DNA of 64,000 nucleotides from Candidatus Latescibacterota bacterium (GTDB lineage Bacteria; Latescibacterota; UBA2968; GCA-2709665): NCBI GenBank assembly GCA_965248435.1, contig OZ252100.1, positions 5,568,001 to 5,632,000 of the forward strand, read 5' to 3'. Shown piece by piece: positions 29,570 to 38,710 of this stretch (position 1 is its first letter; each line of letters starts with the position of its first letter). The notes under the pieces were generated by a model. It saw only the letters and a program-made list of their open reading frames with translations, ran no database searches and was not told where the DNA came from. The position numbers and the translations under genes were made by a program.

Positions 29570-31414
29570 TTAGGTTCCGTATGTCTCTGGCTTAACTAAA
29601 ATAACTTGATCGGTTTTGCCAAGAGCATTTGTCTTTAAACAAATCTGCTGAGCAGCCCAACAATCAAGAGTTTTGCCTCCAACTCTAAAGGGATTTCTCT
29701 TAATTTTGTTAATGTCATATTCTCTTCCTGCATAAAAGAATTTTCCACCCTGCTTTTGCTCAATAGGACAATCGCATTTAGTTATTTTTTCTTTACCTTC
29801 AACACATCTTCTTCCATTCCAAACTTGCTGTCCAACAAGACAACAAGCTGCTGTTCTATCTGTAGCATAACTGCAATACAAATTCTCATTTCTCTGCCCT
29901 GGCAAAGCACTAGAAGAGAAGTAAGAACATTCATTATTAGTAGTGCAGGTTTTCTCTCTTAAAGAACCTTGACAAGTAGCGACTAAAAATCCTCTTTTCT
30001 TTTGAGCACCACAAGGATTTCCGCAATTAGCTTCATTGAAAACAATACTCAACTTAGGTGGATCTCTACCTGCACTAGTTACTACTGGCTTTCCTACTGG
30101 ACCAAATTCAAAACCCTTACTGCAACTGCTCGATGCTTTATTCTCACAATAGTAGATAGCCTTGTATTGCCCTATAACCTCACCTCCACAATTAACAGTA
30201 GCCCTTTCTCCTCCAGCTACTTCATCAACATTCATTTGACTATCATCAGGCACTTTGACAAAACCAAATGCTTCAAGCTGTTGGGCAGTAGGAGTAACTA
30301 ACTTCCATCCAAATTCAATTGAAGCACCTCCACCTTGCTCAAAATACTCTACTTGAATTGTATGTTTTCCAGCTTGCAGACTAGTGTCAGCACTATTTGT
30401 AGAAATTCTTCTAAGACCGTGCAAGCCCCAATTGTCCACAATTTTTTTCCTAGACCCATCAGGATAGATAAGATAGAGCCTTGAGCCATCATCACTATTA
30501 GTCCAGAATTCAAACTGGCCCGAGGTAAAATCAAATCTGCCAGCATACTTTACAGAAAATTGATCAGCCCCAACATTAGTAGCTTGAGGAGGAGCACCTA
30601 TGCCCCAACCTTTTGAAAACTTTCTCTCATCTCCTTGTCCTGAACTTGCTAAATCAGATGTTCTAACACTAAGCCTGAAATTATCGAAGTTTACACCATC
30701 ATAATAATTGGCGGTAAACAAATTGTCTCTCACTTGGGGAAAGCCAGGATCAGCAGCTAGCTTAGGAGCACTAGGAGTTACAGCTTGTGGAGTTGGTGCT
30801 GGAGCTCTTGTAGGAAGTGCGCATCTCGGCGGAGCTATTGTTCTTACTTCCTCGGTTTTTCTATTCTGAGTTATTCGCACATTACATCTCTGAGACTTAG
30901 CCCTAGTGTCACAAAAGAAATCAGAATACCTCTCCCATTTTTGTTCTTGGCATTGGCCTATGTTTCTCCAATTAGGTTTCCATCCATCACCAGCATTGCA
31001 ATTCCTCCCCCAGCAATTAGTATCTGTTTGTCCCTGGGTAACAGTCTTTACTAATCCTGTAAATCCTTGTTGTTGGAAAGCAACCTCGGCTTGTTTCTGC
31101 GTCACTTCAACTCTAGGAGCTGGCTTGCATCCATTACTACCACATCCAAAATTGCACCTACGAACAGTAGTCTTTTTTCTATTACCCCGGCAGGAGTAGT
31201 CTATAAAGGAATTCCTTCCGCAGTAATCTTTCTTGTAATAACTCTTACTCCCAACTCTGTATTTAACATTCCCGCTTTTGTATTCCTTACAATATGGAGA
31301 CAGAGAAGAGGAGAAGGCAGAGGAAAGAGAAGCAGTAAGGTGTCTTGACTCACTCTCTGGGATAATAGCAAAGACAAAAACTACCAACACCAAAAGGAAA
31401 ATTATCTTTCTCAT
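29570..31414 (-). CDS. Cys-rich secreted protein with PA14 domain
   Basis: Signal peptide; D.FSV.Y.G.F.F..G...F...SDDGSRL....VDNW..H...G.H.I.VEYFE..G.A (PA14); C.FGC...GC modules; start overlaps the upstream stop (ATGA). Confidence 0.8.
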   Translation of the reverse strand: MRKIIFLLVLVVFVFAIIPESESRHLTASLSSAFSSSLSPYCKEYKSGNVKYRVGSKSYYKKDYCGRNSFIDYSCRGNRKKTTVRRCNFGCGSNGCKPAPRVEVTQKQAEVAFQQQGFTGLVKTVTQGQTDTNCWGRNCNAGDGWKPNWRNIGQCQEQKWERYSDFFCDTRAKSQRCNVRITQNRKTEEVRTIAPPRCALPTRAPAPTPQAVTPSAPKLAADPGFPQVRDNLFTANYYDGVNFDNFRLSVRTSDLASSGQGDERKFSKGWGIGAPPQATNVGADQFSVKYAGRFDFTSGQFEFWTNSDDGSRLYLIYPDGSRKKIVDNWGLHGLRRISTNSADTSLQAGKHTIQVEYFEQGGGASIEFGWKLVTPTAQQLEAFGFVKVPDDSQMNVDEVAGGERATVNCGGEVIGQYKAIYYCENKASSSCSKGFEFGPVGKPVVTSAGRDPPKLSIVFNEANCGNPCGAQKKRGFLVATCQGSLREKTCTTNNECSYFSSSALPGQRNENLYCSYATDRTAACCLVGQQVWNGRRCVEGKEKITKCDCPIEQKQGGKFFYAGREYDINKIKRNPFRVGGKTLDCWAAQQICLKTNALGKTDQVILVKPETYGT

Positions 31415-31857
31415 TCTAGCTCCTGGCAAACCTTTCTTAACTCGGCATCAGCAATTTGATTACAAAAACCTAAATCATCAGTCTCAATAGCTTGGTTAAA
31501 ATAATAATCATCAAGGCAATCCTGTCTCAGCTCTTGCTCTAATTCGTCACACAAGCTTGCATCAGCCAAAGCATTCTCCACTACAGATTCTTCAAATCCT
31601 ATGACAAATGCGGCTTCACAACTCTCTCTAACTCTAGGATCTGTAATTAGATTGCAAATACTACTATCATCGTTATCTAGAGCCTGCTGCAAGTAGAAGT
31701 CGTCCAAACACTCACCCCTCTTATGCAAGTTAGGAATATTCTCACATTCACCAATATCAGTAATGAGTTTTTCAATCTTTTCCTGTTCACACCCAGCACC
31801 TATGAGAAATACAAGACTTAGAATTACAAATATCACCTTCTCTTTGTTATGAAACAT
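31411..31857 (-). CDS. Secreted protein with C-x2-I-x6-C repeats
   Basis: CENIPNLHKRGEC, CNLITDPRVRESC, CDELEQELRQDC, CNQIADAELRKVC; N-terminal hydrophobic segment ending GAGC. Confidence 0.75.
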   Translation of the reverse strand: MFHNKEKVIFVILSLVFLIGAGCEQEKIEKLITDIGECENIPNLHKRGECLDDFYLQQALDNDDSSICNLITDPRVRESCEAAFVIGFEESVVENALADASLCDELEQELRQDCLDDYYFNQAIETDDLGFCNQIADAELRKVCQELE

Positions 31858-31880
31858 CTATGCTAAAGAAGGGGGAAACG

Positions 31881-31894
31881 TATATATAAAGGTT
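31881..31894 (-). promoter_or_regulatory. Archaeal-type TATA promoter candidate
   Basis: Minus strand AACC-TTTATATATA, 23-25 nt before ATG 31857; no SD. Confidence 0.55.
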
Positions 31895-31926
31895 ATCCCT
31901 TTAGGAGTAGCAGGAGATGTTGTGAG

Positions 31927-32514
31927 TTGGCTCAAGCTCAGCAGAATGAAGATGGAGAATGGTATGTATGCAGGAGAGGACCTGCTGCTAGTCCAGGTGG
32001 AAGCGGAACGAAAACTTCCTATGATTGGTTTTTGGTTAGGCCCTGGGGCAAAGCACCAGGAGGGAAAGTTCAGACAGACTTTATCTCTTTTCCAAAAGAG
32101 CTTTTAGGAACACGCATTAGACTAAAAGTTGAGTTTGTTGATGATGACAGAAAAAAGAGGACTAAGAGAGAGCATATTCTTGCCGAGCGCATCGAGGACT
32201 TCATAGAGGAGAACGCTACTAATCCCAAATTTAGATTAGAGAAGGTTCTTGATAGATTTGGAATTTACCCAACTTATGCTAACCAAATTCTAAGAATCAG
32301 ATATGGCACAAACTTCCAGCAAAGGCTGTTCTATCATCGTATTGAGAAAACGAAAGAGCTCCTCAAAAATACTGATAAGCCTATTAAAGCTGTGGCTGCT
32401 GAATCTGGATTCACCTACTCTAAGTATTTTCGAAAGATGTTCTCCAAAATGGTTGGAGTTGATGCCGATGACTATAGGAAAAATATGAAGAAGAAGCTCA
32501 CTTCGGAGAATTGA
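31927..32514 (+). CDS. AraC-type HTH protein with atypical N-terminal domain
   Basis: RIEKTKELL..TD.PI..VA.ESGF....YF.K.F.K.VG..ADDYR; N-terminal FPKELLGTRIRLKV. Confidence 0.75.
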   Translation: MAQAQQNEDGEWYVCRRGPAASPGGSGTKTSYDWFLVRPWGKAPGGKVQTDFISFPKELLGTRIRLKVEFVDDDRKKRTKREHILAERIEDFIEENATNPKFRLEKVLDRFGIYPTYANQILRIRYGTNFQQRLFYHRIEKTKELLKNTDKPIKAVAAESGFTYSKYFRKMFSKMVGVDADDYRKNMKKKLTSEN

Positions 32515-32658
32515 GAGAAAGAAGAAGCCTGAAAAGAAGAGGGGTTAAAATCGCTACACTAATAGCTGAAATAAATTTCTGAAGGTGCAACTCCATTCAA
32601 GACACCCTGCCCTAGTAACGGGAATATTATCATAAAGTTCACATCCTATTAAGAATGA

Positions 32659-32964
32659 ATGCCAGATGAACAATACAAAGAGCCAGCAAGATGCAAATAC
32701 CACAGTGATTGTGGATTTTACAACCAAGGAGTTCTGCCATCAGAGATAGAGAAGAGGATGTGTGGCAGAGGACAAAGGGTAGATGAGAATTACAAGCCCT
32801 GGATTCCTGAAGTTGAAAACTTTACTCCTTGTGAAGGCTATGCCTTTGGACCTGAAGTTGTGTGTGATGCTTTTCTGTATTTCGAAAACTCAAAACTGAT
32901 TCGGACAATGAGTGGAGGGCTTAAGGCAATTCTGCAAAGAGTAGAGGAGCAGGGATATGAGTAG
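32659..32964 (+). CDS. Hypothetical Cys-containing protein
   Basis: 101-aa ORF filling the gap between genes. Confidence 0.5.
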   Translation: MPDEQYKEPARCKYHSDCGFYNQGVLPSEIEKRMCGRGQRVDENYKPWIPEVENFTPCEGYAFGPEVVCDAFLYFENSKLIRTMSGGLKAILQRVEEQGYE

Positions 32965-32984
32965 GCTACAGACTCTTTTTGGAG

Positions 32985-33014
32985 TTGACATTTCCAGGAA
33001 GCGAAACCTATATT
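32985..33014 (+). promoter_or_regulatory. Sigma70-type promoter upstream of HU-REC
   Basis: TTGACA-N18-TATATT. Confidence 0.55.
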
Positions 33015-33114
33015 TTGTTGCAACGTAAGTCCTCTCATCGGGGGAGAGGAAGCCAGGGTTGATGAGGTGCACTTGATGAGAGTGTGCCTTTTTCTTTTTT
33101 ACGTGGAGCAGAGC

Positions 33115-33795
33115 TTGGCAACAATCACCAAGGCATTTCTTGCAAAGACAATTGCTGAAAGACTGAACATTACTCAGGGTAAGGCAAAACTCCTGGTGAA
33201 TGAGCTTGTTGAATCTCTGAGTGAGGCTGTTATTCAAGGTGACCGGATTGAGATTAGAGGCTTTGGTGTTTGGAGAGTGAGGGAATTAAGAGCTATTCCA
33301 AATGCTAGAAATCCAGGAACTGGCGAGAAAGTGTATGTTCCAGCCCGGAGGAAAGTGACTTTTAGACCTGGAAAGATACTCAGGAAGGAGTTATGTAAGC
33401 CAATAGGTCCATCGTTAGGAGCCGCAAGGATTCTCCTGATAGATGATGATGAGGCTGTTAGAGCACCATTGAGAAAAATGCTAGAGCTGGGTGGATATGA
33501 AGTGGAGGAAGCTGCTAATGGTAAGGAAGGCTTAGAGAAATATCACGAGAAACCGGCTGATGTTGTAATTGTGGATATTTTTATGCCACAAAAAAGTGGA
33601 CTGGAAGTAATACAGGAGCTCGTCAAAGACTATGGTAAAGTGAAGCTTATTGCTATTTCAGCAGTTGATATTAGGAATGGGATTGACTTAGCTTCTCTTA
33701 CTAGAAACCATGATGTTGTAAGAATTGAAAAACCTGTGCGAATGAAAGTTTTGTTGGATGCCGTGAAGGGTTTGTTGGAGAAAGATCAGTTTTAG
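33115..33795 (+). CDS. HU/IHF-family DNA-binding domain fused to a receiver domain
   Basis: IEIRGFG...ARNPGTGE.V.VPARRKVTFRPGK followed by ILLIDDD...DIFMP.KSG...KP. Confidence 0.88.
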   Translation: MATITKAFLAKTIAERLNITQGKAKLLVNELVESLSEAVIQGDRIEIRGFGVWRVRELRAIPNARNPGTGEKVYVPARRKVTFRPGKILRKELCKPIGPSLGAARILLIDDDEAVRAPLRKMLELGGYEVEEAANGKEGLEKYHEKPADVVIVDIFMPQKSGLEVIQELVKDYGKVKLIAISAVDIRNGIDLASLTRNHDVVRIEKPVRMKVLLDAVKGLLEKDQF

Positions 33796-33895
33796 GATAA
33801 TTTGTCCCAGCTCCCTTAAGGACGATAAGAATAGTGCAGTGGCAAGAGACCCTTGGGTTAGGCCGCTGACTAAATAGAGTTAGCGCCTTTCCTCT

Positions 33896-33933
33896 GTGCA
33901 CATTTTTGAATAAAGTGCACATTCTTGAACAAT
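33896..33933. repeat. 19-bp tandem direct repeat, candidate regulator site
   Basis: GTGCACATTTTTGAATAAA / GTGCACATTCTTGAACAAT. Confidence 0.6.
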
Positions 33934-34494
33934 CTACATTTTACAGATAGAGAGAAGTTATAGTTTTTTCTTTTACTTATAGGAGATTGGACAGTATATT
34001 AATAGCTGGAAAAATTGAGATTATAGCTTGGCGGCTACACTTTCATCTGGGTGGAAGTGTGGCCGTTTCTTATTCTACTCCCTTTAAAGCAGCCTGGCTT
34101 AGTAGGTCCCCAGCGAGGCTGCAACCGGGCCGGGGGCGTTTCTATTTAAAGGATGGCGGCGCCCCTGGTCTTTTATTTGTATCAAACACTAGCTTCAATA
34201 GAGATGCCAGCAGGAGTTATTGGCCCAGGAGCTGAGATGGCCTCAATCTTAGTCATTGATGACGACAAACCCTCGCGGGACGCTCTCAGAGCAATTCTAG
34301 AATTGGCAGACCACGATATTATAGAAGCCCCAGATGGGGAAGCCGGGCTTTTGCATTACAACCAAACACCTACCGATTTAGTGTTTGTAGATATGCTGAT
34401 GCCTGAGAAAGAGGGTATGGAGGTTATTCGAGAACTAAAGAAGGACTTTCCTTCAGTGAAGATCATTGCGGTTTCCGGGAGTGGAATTCAGTAT

Positions 34495-35549
34495 GCTGGA
34501 TTCAATGACTAAGTGCAACACTTGGACTTGAAGACTTCAGCTGGTGTTTTGAAGTTAAGACATTTTCTTGGTCGGTTGTTGATCCGGTTCTGAATTTTCT
34601 TTAACTCGTGTTTGCTGACCTTTGAGAAGTCTGTCTTCTTGAGGAGGTATCTGCGGACCAGACCGATAGCGTTTTCCACAGCGCCTCGCTCCCAGCTGTG
34701 AAACGGTTTGCAGAAATAGGATTTGGTGCCAAGGGCCTCGTTGACCCGTTGATGTTGGCCGTTTTCGGATCCGTTGTCATATGTGATGCTCTTCCTCATG
34801 TGGGGAGGATGTCGCCCAAGGCGTCGATTAATCGCTTCGGCGACCTCCGAGGGTCCGTTCTTTGCCAGCTTAGCCAGGTGTAGGTATCTCGACGATCGCT
34901 CAAGACAAGCGCCAACGGCCTGTTTGCTCTCTCGAGAGATGATGGTGTCGGATTCCCAGTGGCCAGGTTGTTTCCGTTTTTCGATGTAACGGGGACGTCG
35001 ATCGATCGAAATACGGCCTGGAATGTGGCTTTCCCGGTGTTTTCGGGTATGCCACCGCGGCTTTCGTTTTTTGTGAGCTCGGGATAAGCAAGCAACCAGA
35101 TCCCGCTGCTTGCGCACCTTTGGATCGTAGATATACTGATAGATGGCTTCGTGGCTGATACCCGCGCTCGGACGCTCCTCGGGAAGCCTCCCAGCGATCA
35201 ACTCGGGAGACCATCCTTGCTTGAGTTTGGTCTCGACATATCGCCGGATAACCGGATTCTTCAGCCGTTTCCGCTTGCCGGCCTCCCGCTTACGTTTCTC
35301 AGCCCTTCTGTGAGCCTGGAGGCCCGAGTAACTCTCAGCTATCGGGGACGGATTACGTTTCAACTCTCTTGGAATCGTGCTGGCGCTCCGGTCAAGGGCC
35401 TTGGCAATATCTCTAAGGCTTGCACCAGCGGCTCGACAAAGCGCAATCAGCTCGCGTTCGTCTATCGTAAGATGCTTGTAATTGTTTCCCATACACTTAG
35501 GATAGGACAGTTGCTACCCTAAGTGTTGCACTTCCTTATTGAACTCGGG
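34495..35549 (-). mobile_element. IS30-family insertion sequence
   Basis: ~27-bp imperfect IRs ending AAGTGCAACAC; TAT target duplication. Confidence 0.92.
34509..35492 (-). CDS. IS30 transposase
   Basis: WSPELI, ISHEAIYQYIY, GHWESD, ITYDNGSE, SWERGAVEN, NNRPRK.L.FKTP. Confidence 0.95.
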   Translation of the reverse strand: MGNNYKHLTIDERELIALCRAAGASLRDIAKALDRSASTIPRELKRNPSPIAESYSGLQAHRRAEKRKREAGKRKRLKNPVIRRYVETKLKQGWSPELIAGRLPEERPSAGISHEAIYQYIYDPKVRKQRDLVACLSRAHKKRKPRWHTRKHRESHIPGRISIDRRPRYIEKRKQPGHWESDTIISRESKQAVGACLERSSRYLHLAKLAKNGPSEVAEAINRRLGRHPPHMRKSITYDNGSENGQHQRVNEALGTKSYFCKPFHSWERGAVENAIGLVRRYLLKKTDFSKVSKHELKKIQNRINNRPRKCLNFKTPAEVFKSKCCT

Positions 35550-35682
35550 TATTTGAATATGGCACTAGATTTAGGAGCAGAGGCTGCTATCATAAAGCCT
35601 TTTGGCAAGCAAACAGTATTGAACACTGTCAGGGAGCTGGTAGAGAAAGCATAGTTTGGTCGGGGAGAAATGGTAATTTAGA

Positions 35683-36042
35683 TTGGCACGTATCCTTGTT
35701 ATTGAAGATGAACTGACGAACAGGGAAGTGTTGCGTGAAATGCTTCACACAAGGGGGCACGAAGTCACAGAAGCACTTGATGGTGAGGAGGGGCTGCGTC
35801 TATTCCGTCAGGAACAAGCAGATCTAGTTATCACAGATATCTTTATGCCAAGGAGAGATGGGCTAGGTGTCATAAGGGAGCTTCGAAAAGACTATCCAAG
35901 AGTGAAGATCATTGCAGTAGGTGCTGGAGGACAAGAGCTTCTTCTCAAAGCTAAGGAATTAGGAGCTAATCGTATTCTTGAAAAACCTCTTCGTATGAAA
36001 GCACTGCTGGAGGTTGTAAGAGAACTATTAGAAGAAGCTTGA
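35683..36042 (+). CDS. Single-domain response regulator (CheY-like)
   Basis: ILVIEDE, DLVITDIFMP.RDG, LEKP. Confidence 0.92.
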   Translation: MARILVIEDELTNREVLREMLHTRGHEVTEALDGEEGLRLFRQEQADLVITDIFMPRRDGLGVIRELRKDYPRVKIIAVGAGGQELLLKAKELGANRILEKPLRMKALLEVVRELLEEA

Positions 36043-36076
36043 TGATTTGGAAGTTTATCGCGAAGCCTAGAGAAAT

Positions 36077-36226
36077 ATGGCAACTGAGCTGAAACCAGGC
36101 GATTTTGTTGAATTCGTTGATGAGAATGACACTCATTGGGGACCTTGGACAGTGGTTTCTATTAAAGGTGGTAATGCAACTGTGGTAATGCAGGACGAAG
36201 CAACGACATCACTGCCTCTAGTTTAA
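36077..36226 (+). CDS. Small hypothetical protein, KOW/SH3-like
   Basis: MATELKPGDFVEFV...WTVVSIKGGNATV (49 aa; not in the ORF track). Confidence 0.35.
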   Translation: MATELKPGDFVEFVDENDTHWGPWTVVSIKGGNATVVMQDEATTSLPLV

Positions 36227-36285
36227 GGAAAAGACCTAAAGACCAACCCTAGACTATTGTAGAATTGATGTATTGGAGCTGAAGT

Positions 36286-36618
36286 ATGGAGATTCTTGCA
36301 TTTGGTGCCATTCTAGCGTGTTTAATTGGGAAGTTCGTTCTTGCCCTAAAAGCAAAGACTCTGGAGAGAAAACTAAAGCAAGAAAAGATACTGCTGGAAG
36401 CAGCCAAGATGGAAATGAATAGAGTTGAGGGTAAGCAGAAACTTCTCAAGGCGGAGAAAAGGCAGCTTGGTGCGAAGAAGTCAACAATTGAAAAGCATAT
36501 CGGTCGCTTTAACAAAACGCTTGGTGGTTATTCTGCCCAGGAACAGAAGGAGAAGGCTAAAGCTACTGAGCAACAAGAACTACTGAAAGAAGCAAAGAAA
36601 CTCAAAGGCAAGGTATAG
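36286..36618 (+). CDS. Membrane-anchored basic coiled-coil protein
   Basis: N-terminal TM plus Lys/Glu heptads. Confidence 0.7.
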   Translation: MEILAFGAILACLIGKFVLALKAKTLERKLKQEKILLEAAKMEMNRVEGKQKLLKAEKRQLGAKKSTIEKHIGRFNKTLGGYSAQEQKEKAKATEQQELLKEAKKLKGKV

Positions 36619-36621
36619 AGA

Positions 36622-36942
36622 ATGGTAGAGATGGAACTATTCCTGATTGGGCTGATTGTTATTGGGGTTGGGCTTGCTGTGAAAGTAATACGGGATGGAT
36701 TACAGGAAGTAAGTGAGCTAAAACTGAAGATTACTGATTGTAGAGCTTCAATTATAGAGTGTGAGGCTAAGACCCTAGAGTTGGAAAGTGAGGTAAGTGG
36801 GGCAGAGCAGGAAGTTCAGAGCTTGAGAAAGGAAGTTCAAGACCTGGAGTTTAAGGAAAAGGATTTAGCTTCAAATTTGAAAGAGAGAAAACAAGCTCAG
36901 GAGCAACGAACAACAACAAAGTTTAGAGTGAATCTAGGGTAA
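36622..36942 (+). CDS. Membrane-anchored coiled-coil protein
   Basis: N-terminal TM plus heptads. Confidence 0.7.
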   Translation: MVEMELFLIGLIVIGVGLAVKVIRDGLQEVSELKLKITDCRASIIECEAKTLELESEVSGAEQEVQSLRKEVQDLEFKEKDLASNLKERKQAQEQRTTTKFRVNLG

Positions 36943-37056
36943 ATTAGGAAATCTTGATTCTGCAGACACTTTTCTAGGAAAGGAAGCCTACATTGTCTTA
37001 ATATTGTTTCTCTCATTGGGAAGAAAAGAGAATTCTTACACCGAATTGGAGCAGAG

Positions 37057-37950
37057 ATGGGAGAACCTATTCAAAAGCAAATTGATGTATTGGAGGAGAA
37101 CCGCAAGAGCCATAAAGCTACGGCCTATTTGATAGCTGGTATATATGCAACAGCTCTAATCGGTTTCATCTTTTATCTATTCACAACATTGCCTCCCAAA
37201 CTTAAGCAAGGAAATTATCCGCTCAAAGAGCTAGGCATACTATTTGTTCTGATCATAATTTCGGTCCAAAGCTCGATCTTTTACACCAAGTTTGTAACGA
37301 GAATCAAGGATAGTCTCTTGGGGCACGTGCTTTCGATAGCCCAAAGCGTTGTGTTTTTTATCCTAACGATATGTGGCTACTATTTTGGAGAGTCTTATCT
37401 TATCGGACTAGGAACTATAGCGATTGGAATAAAGACTTTTCAGTTATACCTTCTTGCGAAAGAAGAGGACTTTGGTCGATTGGCGAAAAGGTATCTTCTT
37501 ACAATTTCGATATCGTATTTAGTGTTGTCCGGTATTATCCTCTATTTCGGCATTCAACTAGAGAGGGAAACCTACTTTAGGTTCCAGCATCCTTATGAAA
37601 GTGATGTATATAGAGATATTCAAGAATTGTTGGATAACACCACAATCGATTCCGAAAATCCAAAATATTCTAAAATTGCGAAAAGCGATCTTAATACCTT
37701 AGCTTCTAGGATTGATACCTTAAGTTCTAGGATTGATAGCTTAAATTCAAGGTATCTGACTGCCAGATTTAGAAACGACTTATCCCTTGTATTGCTACTT
37801 TCAATATTAATTATAATTATGTTGTATGCAGTATATAAGGCAGTCCTTATTAGAGACATCCAGTTCCAGACTGTCATTGAAGAAATTAAAATCCACTATG
37901 AATCTAAATTACAGGGAGAAGGAGCTGGTGGGGCGGTGCAGAATCCTTAG
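37057..37950 (+). CDS. Multi-pass membrane protein
   Basis: About six TMs; includes a 21-bp imperfect tandem repeat encoding LNTLASR-IDTLSSR-IDSLNSR (37690-37752). Confidence 0.7.
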   Translation: MGEPIQKQIDVLEENRKSHKATAYLIAGIYATALIGFIFYLFTTLPPKLKQGNYPLKELGILFVLIIISVQSSIFYTKFVTRIKDSLLGHVLSIAQSVVFFILTICGYYFGESYLIGLGTIAIGIKTFQLYLLAKEEDFGRLAKRYLLTISISYLVLSGIILYFGIQLERETYFRFQHPYESDVYRDIQELLDNTTIDSENPKYSKIAKSDLNTLASRIDTLSSRIDSLNSRYLTARFRNDLSLVLLLSILIIIMLYAVYKAVLIRDIQFQTVIEEIKIHYESKLQGEGAGGAVQNP

Positions 37951-38033
37951 ATTTTTGGTCCATCCCTTCTAATTCTACAGCCATTCATTTCATCGGGAAT
38001 TATAATCCTACTCCAAAATCGTTGCGAATCCCC

Positions 38034-38672
38034 TTATAGGTAGCTGTGGACATAACCTTCTAGATTCCCTTGAGCTGGGATTGGTCCTGGTGTAAGATCT
38101 AGAATTTTGTTGCTAATCGTTTCATAAATTGATTTCCAAAAAGATTTTTTAGCTAAGAGGTTTGGATCAGCATCCTTTAAGTAGATCGATGTTGCAAAAC
38201 CAAATAGTCCCATTCCTATAGATAGATTAGTCAGGACCTCACTGGTATTCCAAGGTTCGTAGTTGAGTAAGTAACCTACTGTGTCAAATGCGGTCTTCCC
38301 TAGAACAGTTAATGCTCCCAAAAAAGTTGGTAATCTAACTACTTGATTTACTCGTTTGTATGCTAGCTCAAGAGGATTATCGGCAATTGTCAAGTCAGAT
38401 ACTTCTCTTTCTATTCTTTCCCTTAGGCCAAGTCCGACCATATTTAAACTGAGATCACTTATATACATCGGCATTATGTAATGCGTGTCCAATCCAGAAG
38501 TATCAGGAACCAATCCAGGTGTTAAGAGGAAGAGAGATGCGAAACCGATTGGAAAAGTGAGCTTATAGATGCTTCTTTCCGCTTGTTCCCATCTCTGTGT
38601 AATCTTCGAATACTGTCTGAGTATTTGTTCATCTAATCCCTTCGTGAATCCTAGCAATGACTCTAGTGACAT
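38034..38672 (-). CDS. Hypothetical membrane protein
   Basis: 212-aa ORF with hydrophobic segments; preceded by a TATA box. Confidence 0.65.
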   Translation of the reverse strand: MSLESLLGFTKGLDEQILRQYSKITQRWEQAERSIYKLTFPIGFASLFLLTPGLVPDTSGLDTHYIMPMYISDLSLNMVGLGLRERIEREVSDLTIADNPLELAYKRVNQVVRLPTFLGALTVLGKTAFDTVGYLLNYEPWNTSEVLTNLSIGMGLFGFATSIYLKDADPNLLAKKSFWKSIYETISNKILDLTPGPIPAQGNLEGYVHSYL

Positions 38673-38695
38673 CTGAGGACTACAGCACGCGCTTG

Positions 38696-38710
38696 TTTAT
38701 ATAATTTATT
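38696..38710 (-). promoter_or_regulatory. Archaeal-type TATA promoter candidate
   Basis: Minus strand AATAAA-TTATATAAA, 23 nt before ATG 38672; no SD. Confidence 0.55.

Larger units (their letters stand above)
34237..35654 (+). pseudogene. Single-domain response regulator interrupted by IS30
   Basis: MASILVIDDD...SGSGIQY resumes after the IS as LNMALDLGAEAAIIKPF...EKA*. Confidence 0.9.

Noticed and set aside
37690-37752. 21-bp repeats as a CRISPR array
   Set aside because: No spacers; in-frame heptad repeat inside a CDS. No CRISPR array or cas gene was seen anywhere in the window
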